A DNA stretch of 64,000 bases. It comes from an uncultured Gammaproteobacteria bacterium. Its GTDB lineage: Bacteria > Pseudomonadota > Gammaproteobacteria > UBA9214. The notes under the pieces are model-generated. The model ran no database searches and had not been told where the DNA came from. It saw only the letters and a program-made list of their open reading frames with translations. A program made the translations under genes and the position numbers. This document shows, in pieces, positions 24,041 to 45,025 of this stretch; position 1 is the stretch's first letter, and each line of letters begins with the position of its first letter. Location: the NCBI GenBank assembly GCA_963773065.1, contig CAVYZN010000032.1, positions 32,001-96,000 of the forward strand. Reading direction: 5' to 3'.

Positions 24041-26878
24041 ATGAGCAGGCCACTGATGAGAACGTTGCAACGATCATCCCTCCTGGATGGCGGCAATGTT
24101 GCCTATCTCGAAGCCCTCTACGAGACCTGGCTGAAAGACCCGGACGCCGTCGCGCCGCACTGGCGCCAGTACTTCGAGGCGTTGCCGCGCGTCAACGGTT
24201 ACCCGGCCGCCGATGTATCCCATGCCGACATCAGGGAAGAGTTTTCGCGTCTGACCGGGCGACTGCACGGGCAGCGCATCGCGCGTCTGACCGATACCCG
24301 TCTGGAGCATGAGGAGAAGCAGGTCCGGGTGCTGCAGTTGATCAATGCCTACCGTTTCCGCGGCCACCAGCACGCCCGCACGGATCCGCTGCAGCACCAC
24401 GAGCCGGATCCCATAGCCGAACTCGAACTCGAATATCACAACCTCTCCGAAGCCGATTTCGAAACCGTATTCCATACCGGCTCGCTGGTTGGTCCCCCGG
24501 AGTCGAGCCTCAGGGGGATCCTGTTTGCCCTCAACCGCACCTATTGTGAAACCGTCGGCGCGGAATACATGCACATCGCCGAGACGGCCGAAAAACGCTG
24601 GATCCAGCAGCGTCTGGAAGGCGTGCAGTCCCACCCCGCCCTGACCAACGAAAAGCGCCGCTGGCTGCTCGCCCGGCTGACGGCGGCGGAGGGCATCGAG
24701 CGCTACCTGCATGCAAAATATGTGGGGCAGAAACGCTTTTCGCTGGAAGGCAGCGAGAGCCTGATACCGCTGGTCGGCGAGCTGATCGATCGCGCCGGCG
24801 CGCAGGGCGTCCGAGAGATCGTCATTGGCATGTCGCACCGGGGGCGGCTGAACATGCTCGTGAATATACTCGGCAAGTCACCGGCGGATCTGTTCCAGGA
24901 GTTCGAAGGCCGCTATGCGAGCCGCCTCTCCAGCGGGGACGTGAAATACCATCAGGGATTCTCCTCGGATATCCAGACCAGCGGCGGACGGGTGCACCTG
25001 GCGCTGGCCTTCAACCCGTCCCACCTGGAGATCGTCTCGCCGGTGGTGCAGGGCTCGGTGCGCGCCCGCCAGCAGCGTTACGGCGACCGCGAGGGCCATG
25101 AGGCGATGGCGGTGGTGATCCATGGCGATTCGTCCTTTGCCGGGCAGGGCGTGGTCATGGAAACCTTCAACATGTCCGGCCTGCGCGGCTACCGCACGCA
25201 GGGCACCGTGCACATCATCGTCAATAACCAGATCGGCTTCACCACCAGCCATGTCAAGGACGCCCGTTCGACGCTGTACTGCACGGACGTCGCCAAGATG
25301 GTCAATGCGCCTATTTTCCACGTCAACGGGGATGACCCCGAGGCGGTGTTATTCGTCACCCAGTTGGCGCTCGACTACCGCATGGAATTCGGCAAGGACG
25401 TGGTCATCGACCTCGTCTGCTACCGCCGGCACGGACACAATGAAGCCGACGAGCCCTCGGCCACCCAGCCGGTGATGTACCGCGAGATCCGCTCCATGCC
25501 GACGACGCGCGAACTCTATGTCGAGCGGCTGGCCGCATTGAACCTCATCGCGGCGGCGGCGGAGGCCGATGAAATGGTGCGCGAGTACCGTGACCGGCTG
25601 GATGCCGGCAGCAGCGTGACTCAGGGCGTGGTGGTGAACAATCATGAAGGCCGCGGCCGCGGCGTCGACTGGACGCCTTACATGGGACGCGAGTGGGATG
25701 AGCCCGTCGACACGCGCGTGAACCCGGAAACTTTGCGCACGCTCTCCGAGCGTCTGCAGGGGCTGCCGGCGGGCTTCGAGCTGCACCCCAGGGTCGCCAA
25801 GATCATGGATGACCGGCGCAAGATGGCGGCGGGCGCCTTACCGGTGGACTGGGGTTATGCGGAGTCGCTCGCGTTCGCGACCCTGCTTGATGACGGCTAT
25901 CCCATCCGCCTGTCCGGGCAGGACACCGAGCGCGGCACCTTCTTTCATCGCCATGCGGTGCTGCACAACCAGATCGATGGCGGTATCTGGGTGCCGTTGC
26001 AGAACCTCTCGGAGCGTCAGCCGAATTTCCTGGTGATCGACTCCCTGCTCTCCGAGGAGGCGGTGCTCGCCTTCGAATACGGCTACGCCTCGGCCGATCC
26101 GGGGGCGCTGGTGATCTGGGAAGCGCAATACGGCGATTTCGCCAACGTCGCGCAGGTCGTCATCGACCAGTTCATCACCTCGGGCGAGGCCAAGTGGGGG
26201 CGGCTGTGCGGGCTGACGCTGTTTCTGCCGCACGGCTACGAAGGGCAGGGCCCCGAACATTCATCGGCGCGTCTGGAGCGCTTTCTGCAGTTATGCGCCG
26301 GTCACAACATCCAGGTGTGTATCCCGTCGACCCCGGCGCAGCTCTTTCACATGCTGCGCCGCCAGATGCTGCGCCCGCTGCGCCGGCCGCTGATCGTGAT
26401 GACGCCAAAGAGCCTGCTGCGTCACAAGCTGGCCACCTCCAGTCTGGATGAACTCACGGGAGGCGGTTTTCTCCCGGTCATCGGCGACGCCGATGTCCGG
26501 GACAAGGCGGCCGTGCGGCGGGTTGTCATGTGCAGCGGCAAGGTCTACTACGACCTGCTGGAGCACAAGCGCGAAACCGGGCTCGATGAGGTGGCCATCA
26601 TCCGCATCGAACAGCTCTATCCCTTCCCCTCGCGCCTCATGCGCGAGGAACTCGCCGGCTATGCCGGTCTGTCCGATTACTACTGGTGTCAGGAGGAACC
26701 GCGGAACCAGGGCGCCTGGTACGCCATGCGCCACAAGCTGCAGGCGGTCATTGGCGAGCAAAACCGGCTTCATTATACTGGCCGCGTTGCCTCCGCCGCG
26801 CCGGCGGTCGGTTATCCGGGCCTGCATGTCAAGCAGCAGGCGGCGCTGGTTGCCGTTGCCCTGGGCCTGAAGGATTAG
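24041..26878 (+). CDS. sucA: 2-oxoglutarate dehydrogenase E1
   Basis: GQKRFSLEG, HGDSSFAGQG, NNQIGFTT, GQGPEHSSAR. Confidence 0.97.
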   Translation: MSRPLMRTLQRSSLLDGGNVAYLEALYETWLKDPDAVAPHWRQYFEALPRVNGYPAADVSHADIREEFSRLTGRLHGQRIARLTDTRLEHEEKQVRVLQLINAYRFRGHQHARTDPLQHHEPDPIAELELEYHNLSEADFETVFHTGSLVGPPESSLRGILFALNRTYCETVGAEYMHIAETAEKRWIQQRLEGVQSHPALTNEKRRWLLARLTAAEGIERYLHAKYVGQKRFSLEGSESLIPLVGELIDRAGAQGVREIVIGMSHRGRLNMLVNILGKSPADLFQEFEGRYASRLSSGDVKYHQGFSSDIQTSGGRVHLALAFNPSHLEIVSPVVQGSVRARQQRYGDREGHEAMAVVIHGDSSFAGQGVVMETFNMSGLRGYRTQGTVHIIVNNQIGFTTSHVKDARSTLYCTDVAKMVNAPIFHVNGDDPEAVLFVTQLALDYRMEFGKDVVIDLVCYRRHGHNEADEPSATQPVMYREIRSMPTTRELYVERLAALNLIAAAAEADEMVREYRDRLDAGSSVTQGVVVNNHEGRGRGVDWTPYMGREWDEPVDTRVNPETLRTLSERLQGLPAGFELHPRVAKIMDDRRKMAAGALPVDWGYAESLAFATLLDDGYPIRLSGQDTERGTFFHRHAVLHNQIDGGIWVPLQNLSERQPNFLVIDSLLSEEAVLAFEYGYASADPGALVIWEAQYGDFANVAQVVIDQFITSGEAKWGRLCGLTLFLPHGYEGQGPEHSSARLERFLQLCAGHNIQVCIPSTPAQLFHMLRRQMLRPLRRPLIVMTPKSLLRHKLATSSLDELTGGGFLPVIGDADVRDKAAVRRVVMCSGKVYYDLLEHKRETGLDEVAIIRIEQLYPFPSRLMREELAGYAGLSDYYWCQEEPRNQGAWYAMRHKLQAVIGEQNRLHYTGRVASAAPAVGYPGLHVKQQAALVAVALGLKD

Positions 26879-26956
26879 GGACATTGGCCGGGCCGGCGGA
26901 ATCACGGCGTAGCCGGAGGCTACTGGCAAGGCATATTCTTCGACAAGGACAACAGG

Positions 26957-28174
26957 ATGAGCATTGAAGTCAGGGCGCCGGCGTTCCCCGAATCCATCAG
27001 CGACGGAGTGGTGGCCGGCTGGCACAAGCAGCCGGGCGAGCCGGTCCGCCGCGATGAAGCCCTGGTCGACATCGAGACGGACAAGGTCATGCTGGAAGTG
27101 CCGGCCCCCGATGACGGCATACTGGAGAAGATCCTGTTGGAGCGCGGCGCGACGGTCGTCGCCGACCAGGTCATCGGCCTGCTGCGCCCGGGACTGGCCG
27201 CGGCGCAGGAACCGCCGAAGGGCGAAGCCCGCCCCGCGCAGACACCGCCGCACCCTCCGCAAGCGACCGCCTCCATGGGGCCGGCGGCGCGCAAACTGGT
27301 TGCCGATAACCGGTTCGATGCCAGCCGGATCAGCGGCAGCGGCCGGGACGGCCGCATCACCAAGGCGGATGTGCTCGATTTCATGGACCGTCAGCCGGCC
27401 GAGGCAAGGCCCGAGGAAACCCGGCCGGCCGAGCCCCCGCTGGTGACTCCCGGACTGCCCGAGGTCGAGGAGGACCGCCCGCAGAAGCGCGTGCCCATGA
27501 CGCGGCTGCGCGCGCGCATCGCCGAGCGCCTGCTGCACGCGACCCAGACCACCGCGATGCTGACGACGTTCAACGAGCTCAACATGCAGCCGGTCATGGA
27601 CCTGCGCGCCAGACACCGGGACGAATTCGAGCGGCGTCACGGCGTGCGGCTGGGTTTCATGTCGTTTTTCGTGCGCGCCTCCGCCGAGGCGCTCAAACAC
27701 CAGCCGGACATCAACGCCTCGATCGACGGCGCCGACATCGTCTACCACGGGTTTTGCGACATCGGGGTCGCCATCAGTTCCGATCGCGGGCTGGTCGTGC
27801 CGATCCTGCGCAACGCCGAATACCTGAGCCTGGCGGAGATCGAGCGGGGTATCCTCGAATTTTCCAACAAGGCGCGCGAGGGCAAGCTGGCGATGGAGGA
27901 GATCACCGGCGGAACCTTCACCATCTCCAATGGCGGCGTCTTCGGTTCCATGCTGTCCACGCCGATCCTCAATCCACCGCAAAGCGCCATCCTCGGCATG
28001 CATGCCATCCAGGAGCGGCCGGTGGTCGAGGCGGGTCAGATCGTCATCCGGCCGATCATGTATTTGGCGCTGACCTATGATCACCGCCTCGTGGACGGCA
28101 AGAGCGCCGTGACGTTTCTCAAAACCATCAAGGAACTGCTGGAAGATCCGGCCAGCATGCTGCTGGATCTCTGA
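26957..28174 (+). CDS. sucB: Dihydrolipoamide succinyltransferase E2
   Basis: Lipoyl [21 protein letters not shown]. Confidence 0.97.
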   Translation: MSIEVRAPAFPESISDGVVAGWHKQPGEPVRRDEALVDIETDKVMLEVPAPDDGILEKILLERGATVVADQVIGLLRPGLAAAQEPPKGEARPAQTPPHPPQATASMGPAARKLVADNRFDASRISGSGRDGRITKADVLDFMDRQPAEARPEETRPAEPPLVTPGLPEVEEDRPQKRVPMTRLRARIAERLLHATQTTAMLTTFNELNMQPVMDLRARHRDEFERRHGVRLGFMSFFVRASAEALKHQPDINASIDGADIVYHGFCDIGVAISSDRGLVVPILRNAEYLSLAEIERGILEFSNKAREGKLAMEEITGGTFTISNGGVFGSMLSTPILNPPQSAILGMHAIQERPVVEAGQIVIRPIMYLALTYDHRLVDGKSAVTFLKTIKELLEDPASMLLDL

Positions 28175-28188
28175 GCGAGGCAAGCACA

Positions 28189-29622
28189 CTGGACAACGAC
28201 TACGAAGTGATTGTGATCGGGGCCGGACCGGCCGGCTACGTCGCCGCGATCCGTTGCGCGCAGCTCGGCATGAAGACCGCCTGCGTCGATGAGTGGCTGG
28301 ATAGGCGGGGTGCGCCGGCGCTGGGGGGGACCTGCCTCAATGCCGGCTGCATTCCCTCCAAGGCCCTGCTGGAGAGTTCCGAGTTCTACGCCCGGGTGCG
28401 CCAGGGCGCGGCGAGCCACGGGATCATCGCCAGGGACGTGTCGCTCGATGTCGCGGCGATGATGGAGCGCAAGGACAAGGTCGTCCATGATCTCACCGAC
28501 GGCGTCGCGACCCTGTTCCGCTCGAACGGCATCGACTGGATCAAGGGTCACGGCCAACTGCTGCCGGAGCGCAAGGTTCATGTTGCCCCGCACACGGGAG
28601 AGCAGCGCACCCTGGCGGCCGGATACGTGATTCTTGCCACCGGCTCGGCGCCGGTCAAGCTCGATGCGGCCCCCCTGCATGCGGACCGGATCGCGGACTC
28701 CGCCGGCGCACTCGAGTGGACCAGCGTGCCGCAACGCCTCGGCATCATCGGCGCCGGTGTCATCGGCCTGGAGTTGGGCAGCGTCTGGCGCAGACTGGGC
28801 GCCGAGGTCACCCTGCTCGAGGCGCAGACGGTGTTTCTTGCCATGGCCGATCAGCAACTGGCCAGGGGGGCGCTGGGACTGTTCCGCAAACAGGGTCTGG
28901 ATATACACCTCGGCGCGCTGGTGAAATCCACGCGACTGGCCGACGCCGGCGTCGTGATCGATTACCAGGACGAGGACGGCATGCATACCCTGACCGTGGA
29001 TCGTCTGGTCGTCGCGGTGGGGCGCAGCCCCTACACACAAGGACTCGCCAGCGCGGAAGCCGGCCTGCTGCTCGATGAGGGCGGGTTCATCCATGTCGAT
29101 GAGCACTGCGCCACCAATCTACCCGGTGTCTACGCCATCGGCGATGCGGTGCGCGGTCCCATGCTCGCGCACAAGGGCTCGGAGGAGGGCATCGCGGTCG
29201 CGGAGCGCATCGCCGGCCAGTTCCCGGAAGTCAACTACGAGCTCATCGCTTCAGTGATCTACACCCAGCCCGAGATCGCCTGGGTGGGCAGGACCGAGGA
29301 GGCGCTCCGGCAGTCGGGCGTCGATTACCGCAGCGGCGTGTTCCCGTTTTTAGCCAGCGGTCGGGCGCGCGCCATACAGGAGACCGACGGCATGGTGAAG
29401 GTGCTGAGCGACGCCGCGACGGACCGCGTGCTGAGTGTCCATATCCTGGGCAGTCACGCCTCCGAGCTGATCGGCCAGGCGGTGATGGCCATGGAGTTCG
29501 ACGCCAGCAGCGAGGACATCGCGCGCACGGTGTTCGCCCACCCGACCCTGTCCGAGGCGCTGCACGAAGCCGCGCTCGCCGTCGGCAAGCGCGCCCTGCA
29601 CCTCCTCAAGCCGCGGAAGTGA
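28189..29622 (+). CDS. lpdA: Dihydrolipoamide dehydrogenase E3
   Basis: GAGPAGY, GGTCLNAGCIPSK, GAGVIGLE, HPTLSE; start placed at in-frame CTG 28189 behind GAGG. Confidence 0.95.
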   Translation: MDNDYEVIVIGAGPAGYVAAIRCAQLGMKTACVDEWLDRRGAPALGGTCLNAGCIPSKALLESSEFYARVRQGAASHGIIARDVSLDVAAMMERKDKVVHDLTDGVATLFRSNGIDWIKGHGQLLPERKVHVAPHTGEQRTLAAGYVILATGSAPVKLDAAPLHADRIADSAGALEWTSVPQRLGIIGAGVIGLELGSVWRRLGAEVTLLEAQTVFLAMADQQLARGALGLFRKQGLDIHLGALVKSTRLADAGVVIDYQDEDGMHTLTVDRLVVAVGRSPYTQGLASAEAGLLLDEGGFIHVDEHCATNLPGVYAIGDAVRGPMLAHKGSEEGIAVAERIAGQFPEVNYELIASVIYTQPEIAWVGRTEEALRQSGVDYRSGVFPFLASGRARAIQETDGMVKVLSDAATDRVLSVHILGSHASELIGQAVMAMEFDASSEDIARTVFAHPTLSEALHEAALAVGKRALHLLKPRK

Positions 29623-29680
29623 TGATCGGTTCTGCCGCCCGGCCTCTGCTGGGTCATCCGATATACAGCTGCAGCTTATT

Positions 29681-29749
29681 TGTAGGTTCGAATTCATTCG
29701 AACAGAACGCGCGATCACACTCCGCTGTGCGAATAAATTCGCACCTACA
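29681..29749. repeat. GTAG-type REP-like inverted pair
   Basis: TGTAGGTTCGAATTCATTCGAAC ... GTGCGAATAAATTCGCACCTACA. Confidence 0.7.
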
Positions 29750-29791
29750 CATCCGCCCCCCTTTGAGGATGCCGTTCTGGGCGACACGCTA

Positions 29792-29902
29792 CTACAGGGA
29801 ATAACTATGCTGAAGTCGCGGCATCTCCACGCGGGTGTTGGTGAGCAGGCGCGCGAAGGCGCCCATGCTGTCCGGTTCGCCGTGCACCAGGAAGGCGGCG
29901 GC
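29792..29902 (-). pseudogene. 3' remnant of an MBL-fold/beta-CASP hydrolase
   Basis: Translates AAAFLVHGEPDSMGAFARLLTNTRVEMPRLQHSYSL*; LVHGE motif; rest of gene absent. Confidence 0.65.
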
Positions 29903-29999
29903 CTAAAGCATACCTTGAAACGGCCGGATTGCCGCCCTGAAGTCTGCCGGAATTAGGTAACATAGGGCCAACAACGCCAACGAAAGCCGCGTCTCACCG

Positions 30000-33598
<3,599 letters not shown>

Positions 33599-33676
33599 CA
33601 TTCAAAGCCTATCTAAACTGTGAAATTGCCTATATACTGCAAATATTACTATTTAAACGGTATATAGGCCCTCTTT

Positions 33677-34955
33677 ATGCGTATAGACTTCAGGCTCACC
33701 AACTTCGGCTCGTTCCACGAAACCTAAACCTTGAGCATGGTTGGCGCTGCCGGCAAAGAGCACGAGGAAACTCATCTGTTTGCTTCGGGCACGACGCTGG
33801 CGCCACGGCTGTTGCGGTCCACTCATCGTGTACGGCCGAAACGCCGGTGGCAAGACGAATCTCGTACGCGCGTTTCAGTTTATGCAGGCCATGGTCTTGC
33901 AGTCGGCGACGCAAATTCAGGAAGGCTGCAGAAATTCAATGTGCAACCCTTCCTTTTTGGATCGGAAGAGAGCAAACAGCCGACTCAATTTGAAGTGAAC
34001 TTCATTGAAGACGGCGATGATAGGCGAGATTCGATACCAGTACGGCTGCAGCCTGACGCCCGAGCGGATTACGCAGGAATGGCCTTTCGCCGCGCCGAAG
34101 GGACGCAGCAAGCGACAATTCCATCGTGAGTACAAACCGGAACACAGGCAAGTACCAATGGGACTGGGGCGCATCGTTTGTTGGCCGCAGGAAGATTTGC
34201 GCGACAAAACGCGCGCCAACGGCTTGTTCTCGTCGACCGCCGTCCTGTTCAACAACGAGCAGCTACGCCCGTTTTTCAGATGGTTCCAGAATCGACTGGC
34301 CATCATTCCGGCAGACGCACTGATCAACCTGGAGCACACGTTGGGGATGTGCACCACGGATACCGGCAAGGCCGACGTCATCGCCTTTCTCTCGGCGCGG
34401 ACCTCTCCATCACTGACGTTGGTTTGGAAAAACAGCCGGTCAAAATGACGACCATCGTTTTCGATCTTATTGGTGCTCCGCAGCCGCCGAAGACCACGGA
34501 AGAAGAGGCCACGCGCGTGCGATTTCGTCATCGTTCGCGCGACGGACTTTCAGAACTCGAACTCGCTTCGAAGAAGAGTCGTCAGGGACGCAAAAACTTT
34601 TTGCATTGGACGGAACCATGGCTGGATGTCATGCGCAATCGGCGCGTGTTGGTGCTGGACGAGCTGGATCGCAGTTTACATCCACTGATCTGACGGCATC
34701 TGATCGAACGCTTCAACAATGATCGAACCAATCTGCTGAATGCGCAGCTCATTGCCAGCGCCGCACGATACCAGTCTGTTGGATAGGCACCGCTGCGGCG
34801 CGACCAGGTGCTGGTTCATCGAAAAAAACCGTCAGGAGGCGTCGCATCTATATTCGCTGGTCGAGTTCAGCCCGCGCAAGGAAATCTCTCTTGAGCGCGG
34901 CTATTTAATGAGACGTTACGGTGCCTTACCCATCGTTGGCAATCTGGATTTCTGA
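33677..34955 (+). pseudogene. RloA/AbiEii-like AAA ATPase, with nonsense codons and frameshifts
   Basis: F.LTNF.SF, YGRNAGGKTN, LVLDELDRSLHP, HDTSLL, WFIEK..LYSL.EF..YGALP. Confidence 0.8.
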
Positions 34956-34961
34956 GGCGTT

Positions 34962-35592
34962 ATGGCGCGCAGACTTGCGCGAAGCATCGGATGACACGGC
35001 AGTCGATTTCCGGCGACGGATTCGACAACGCGAACTCTACGACCGCCTGCTGATTGTCTGCGAGGGACTTACGGAGAATTTTACTTCGATGGCCTTGTTT
35101 TCTTTCTGGGTCGTCCAGCGCCAACATTCGAAGCAGCCAGAGCCGAAAAACGGACCGGTAGAAGTTGTTCGCTACGGCATCGGCTTAGCCGGGAAGCGCA
35201 CGAAACGGGCGACGCTTACCAGACGGCTTTACTGCGTTTTCGATCTGACCGCCCCATCAGAACGCCCTTGATCTGGCGGCTGCAACTCATCTGCGCAGAA
35301 CCTCTTTGACCCGGTCACCAGCAGCCGCTGTTTCGAAATCTGGTTGCGCCTGCACTTCGGCTACACCGACTGCGGATTTACCGCCGTCGGCAAGAAAACG
35401 GCCTGCGAAGTGGTGGAAGAAGATTTACGCAAGCACGAGCCCCGCTACCGCAAGGGCGCTGAAGGGCTGTTCGGCCTATTGTGCAACGGGTGCCCGATGC
35501 CGCAACCAACAGCCGCATGCTGGAGGTCAGTAACCAACGCACGGGCAGCAATAACCCGAGTTGCAACGTACATAACCTGGTGGATGATCTGA
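34962..35592 (+). pseudogene. RloB-family protein, frameshifted
   Basis: LIVCEG.TE, YCVFD, CFEIWLRLHF across frames. Confidence 0.75.
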
Positions 35593-35617
35593 TGACGCTG
35601 AAAGCGGACGTACCAAA

Positions 35618-38532
<2,915 letters not shown>

Positions 38533-38553
38533 ATCAACGAGGAGCACGCATCC

Positions 38554-38862
38554 ATGCACAATGCCCTGAAACTGGATGAATCGACCCTGGCCCGCTTTTG
38601 CGAGCGGCACCACATTTTTCGCCTGGCGCTGTTTGGCTCGCAACTGAAGGGCACCGCAGGACCGGACAGCGACATCGACCTGCTGGTGGAGTTCGAGCCG
38701 GAACATATCCCGGGCCTGCTGGGCATCGCCGGGATGGAGCTGGAGCTGTCGGAGATGTTGGGAGGCAGGAAGGTCGATCTGCGCACGGCGGGCGACCTGT
38801 CGCGCTATTTCCGTGACGAGGTGGTGCGCACGGCGGAGGTGCAGTATGCGCGTAGAGGATAG
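38554..38862 (+). CDS. Minimal nucleotidyltransferase (MNT/MntA-type antitoxin)
   Basis: LFGS-x10-DID, RKVDL. Confidence 0.9.
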   Translation: MHNALKLDESTLARFCERHHIFRLALFGSQLKGTAGPDSDIDLLVEFEPEHIPGLLGIAGMELELSEMLGGRKVDLRTAGDLSRYFRDEVVRTAEVQYARRG

Positions 38863-39184
38863 CGTACGTGTCCGCCACATGGTCGAGGCGTGCGAAGCGG
38901 CGATCGGGTTTGTGGCCGGCCGCAGTCGTGCGGAACTGGACACGGACCTGATGCTGCTGTTTGCCATCGTTCGCGCGGTCGAAGTCATCGGTGAAGCCGC
39001 CGGCAGGATCTCGGAGGAGACTCGAGCGGCCCACGGCGACATTCCGTGGAACGCGATCATCGGCATGCGTAACCGTTTGGTGCATGCCTATTTCGAGATC
39101 GACAGAGACATCGTCTGGGTAGCAGTGACCGAGGAAATCCCCGCGTTGCTGGCCCAATTGCGGCCGCTGGCCGCTAACCAATAG
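38846..39184 (+). CDS. DUF86/HepT-type HEPN RNase toxin
   Basis: [19 protein letters not shown] (RX4HXY). Confidence 0.9.
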   Translation: MRVEDSVRVRHMVEACEAAIGFVAGRSRAELDTDLMLLFAIVRAVEVIGEAAGRISEETRAAHGDIPWNAIIGMRNRLVHAYFEIDRDIVWVAVTEEIPALLAQLRPLAANQ

Positions 39185-39193
39185 GGAATTCGC

Positions 39194-42540
<3,347 letters not shown>

Positions 42541-42577
42541 CGGCAGTCGGGTTCATTTTGGCCGAAGTAACGGCCGC

Positions 42578-43690
42578 TCAATACATGCGGTGCCGGAACA
42601 GCCAGCCGGCGAGGGTCAGGCTGGTGAGACCGATCACCGCCATGGGCCAGTACTGGTGGATGAGCAGCGCGTAGGAGCTCCCCTCGAGGAACACCCCGCG
42701 CAGCACGATCATGAAATAGCGCAGCGGATCGAGGTAGGTCAGCAGTTGCACCGCCTGCGGCATGTTTTCGATCGGAGTGGCGAAACCGGACAGAATGACG
42801 GCGGGCACCAGGAACAGGAAGGCGCCGAGCAGTCCCTGCTGCTGGGTGATGGAGAGCGAGGAGATCATCAGCCCGACGCCGATGGCGGAGAGCAGGAACA
42901 ATCCGAGGCCGAGATAGAGCGCGCCGACGCTGCCGCGCAGGGGGATTTCAAACCAGAGCATGGCCACCAGGATGATAATGCTGCCCTCGATGAGCCCGAT
43001 GAGCAGCCCCGGCAGGGACTTGCCGATCAGGATCTCCACCGGGCGCAGCGGCGTCACCAGCAACTGGTCGAAGGTGCCGGCCTCGCGCTCGCGCGCCACC
43101 GACAGGGCGGTGACCACCAGGGTGACCACCAGCGTCAGCAGTCCCACGATGCCGGGGATGATGAACCAGCGCGATGAGAGCGTCGGATTGAACCAGGCGC
43201 GCATTTCGAGACTGGCCGGGGCTGCCGCCGCCTGTCCGTGGCGCGCGGCCCAGTCCGCGTTGAAATCGATGACGATGCTGCGGGCATAGTTCAGCGCCAG
43301 CATCGCCGTGTTGGAGTTGCGCCCGTCCAGAATGATCTGCGCGGCGGCGCTGTCGCCGCGGGCGAGGTCGGCGCTGAAGCGCGAGTCGAGGCGCAGCACC
43401 ATCAGGGCCTGCCGGTTATCGATCAGCGGCGTAATCTCCCCGTCGTGATCCAATGTGGCGATGACGTGAAAGTGCGGCGAACCCTCGAACCGGCTGATGA
43501 ACTGCCGCGAGGCGCCGCCGCCGTCCTCATTGTAGACCGCTAGCGCGATATCGTTCAGGTCGAAGGTCGCCGCATAGCCGAAGATCACCAACTGGATGAT
43601 CGGCGGCCCGATCAGCACGAAGCGGCTGCGCTTGTCGCGCAGCACGGCCAGCAGTTCCTTGAGGGCGAGAGCCAGGATGCGCTTGAACAT
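42578..43690 (-). CDS. ybhR: ABC-2 exporter permease (YbhR-like)
   Basis: AREREAGTFDQLLVTP, LSGFATPIENMP. Confidence 0.85.
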   Translation of the reverse strand: MFKRILALALKELLAVLRDKRSRFVLIGPPIIQLVIFGYAATFDLNDIALAVYNEDGGGASRQFISRFEGSPHFHVIATLDHDGEITPLIDNRQALMVLRLDSRFSADLARGDSAAAQIILDGRNSNTAMLALNYARSIVIDFNADWAARHGQAAAAPASLEMRAWFNPTLSSRWFIIPGIVGLLTLVVTLVVTALSVAREREAGTFDQLLVTPLRPVEILIGKSLPGLLIGLIEGSIIILVAMLWFEIPLRGSVGALYLGLGLFLLSAIGVGLMISSLSITQQQGLLGAFLFLVPAVILSGFATPIENMPQAVQLLTYLDPLRYFMIVLRGVFLEGSSYALLIHQYWPMAVIGLTSLTLAGWLFRHRMY

Positions 43691-43705
43691 CGCCGGCTTC
43701 TCTCA

Positions 43706-43882
43706 GAGCCTGTGAAAATATCGACGGCCGTCGCGAGGGCGTCGATTGGCGTGCGAGGCAAGGCGCGCTGCGCGAAAACAAGGGAGTTTGGCGAGCCAAA
43801 TGACCGACGTTTTCGCGTGGCGCAACGCCGCCGCAGCCGCAAAGCGGCGTCCACAGCAGGCTGGCGATATTTTCACAGGCTC
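43706..43882. mobile_element. 177-bp MITE with 18-bp TIRs and TCA target duplication
   Basis: GAGCCTGTGAAAATATCG ... CGATATTTTCACAGGCTC; TCA at 43703-05 and 43883-85. Confidence 0.85.
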
Positions 43883-45025
43883 TCAGTCCAGCCGCTTGCG
43901 CGCCTGGCGCCGCACCAGGGCGAAAAACACCAGCGCCATCAGCGCCAGGGCCGCGGCGTTCGGCAGCAGCACCGGCCAGATGTTCCCCGCCAGGAACAGG
44001 CTCTGCACGATGGCGACGAAATAGCGCGCCGGCACCAGGTGGGTGATGATCTGCACCGCGGCCGGCATGGAGCCGATGTCGAAGATGAAGCCGGAGAGGA
44101 TGAAGGCCGGCAGGAAGGTCACGATGATGGCGATCTGGCCGGCCACGAACTGGTTTTTCGCCACGATCGAGATCAACAGCCCCATGCCGAGCGCGACCAG
44201 CATGAACAGCGCCGAGGCGAGGAGCAGCAGCAGGAAGGAGCCGCGCAGCGGCACCTCAAACTGCCAGCGGGCCAGCGCCACGGTGAGCAGCATGCCACCC
44301 ATGCCGAGGATGAAATAGGGGATGAGCTTGCCGAGCAGAATTTCCCGGATGCGGATCGGCGTGACCATCAGCGCCTCCATGGTGCCCCGTTCCCATTCGC
44401 GGGCGATGACCAGCGAGGTCAGCAGCGCCCCGATCAGCGTCATGATGACAGCGATCAGTCCGGGCACCAGGAAATGGCGGCTGTAGAGATCCGGGTTGAA
44501 CCACACGCGCGGCTCGACCATCACCGGCGCCTCAAGTTCGCGACCGCGGGCGGCGGCGTACTGCTCCAGCCAGCTCTGCCACACTCCCTGGATGTAACCC
44601 TCGGTGATGCGCGCCTGGTTGGCGTTGACGCCATTGACGATGACCCCGATCGGCGCGTCGGCAAAGGCGAGCAGGCGGCGGCTGAAATCCTCGCGCAGCC
44701 ACACGATGCCTTCGACCTGCTGCGTGCGCAGCGCCTGCATAGCCGTCTGGATGTCCGGGTAGCGATAGGGGGTGAAATAGTCCGAGTGTTCGAAGGAACG
44801 CAGCAGTCCGCTGGTGTTGGTGTCCGGGTGATCGGCGACCAGGGCCACCGGAACGTGTTTGGCGTCGAGTGACACGCCATAACCGAACAGGAACAGCAGC
44901 ACCACCGGCATCACGAAGGCGATGGCGATGCTGGAGGGGTCGCGCAGTATCTGCAGAAATTCCTTGCGCACCATGCCGCGCAGCCGCCGGCTTGCGCCGC
45001 CGCGAGGCTCAGGCCGCCGGTTCAT
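43883..45025 (-). CDS. ybhS: ABC-2 exporter permease (YbhS-like)
   Basis: KEFLQILRDPSS, AREWERGTMEAL. Confidence 0.87.
   Translation of the reverse strand: MNRRPEPRGGASRRLRGMVRKEFLQILRDPSSIAIAFVMPVVLLFLFGYGVSLDAKHVPVALVADHPDTNTSGLLRSFEHSDYFTPYRYPDIQTAMQALRTQQVEGIVWLREDFSRRLLAFADAPIGVIVNGVNANQARITEGYIQGVWQSWLEQYAAARGRELEAPVMVEPRVWFNPDLYSRHFLVPGLIAVIMTLIGALLTSLVIAREWERGTMEALMVTPIRIREILLGKLIPYFILGMGGMLLTVALARWQFEVPLRGSFLLLLLASALFMLVALGMGLLISIVAKNQFVAGQIAIIVTFLPAFILSGFIFDIGSMPAAVQIITHLVPARYFVAIVQSLFLAGNIWPVLLPNAAALALMALVFFALVRRQARKRLD

Noticed and set aside
43712-44872. + strand ORF starting inside the MITE as a transposase
   Set aside because: Antisense to ybhS and lacks DDE motifs
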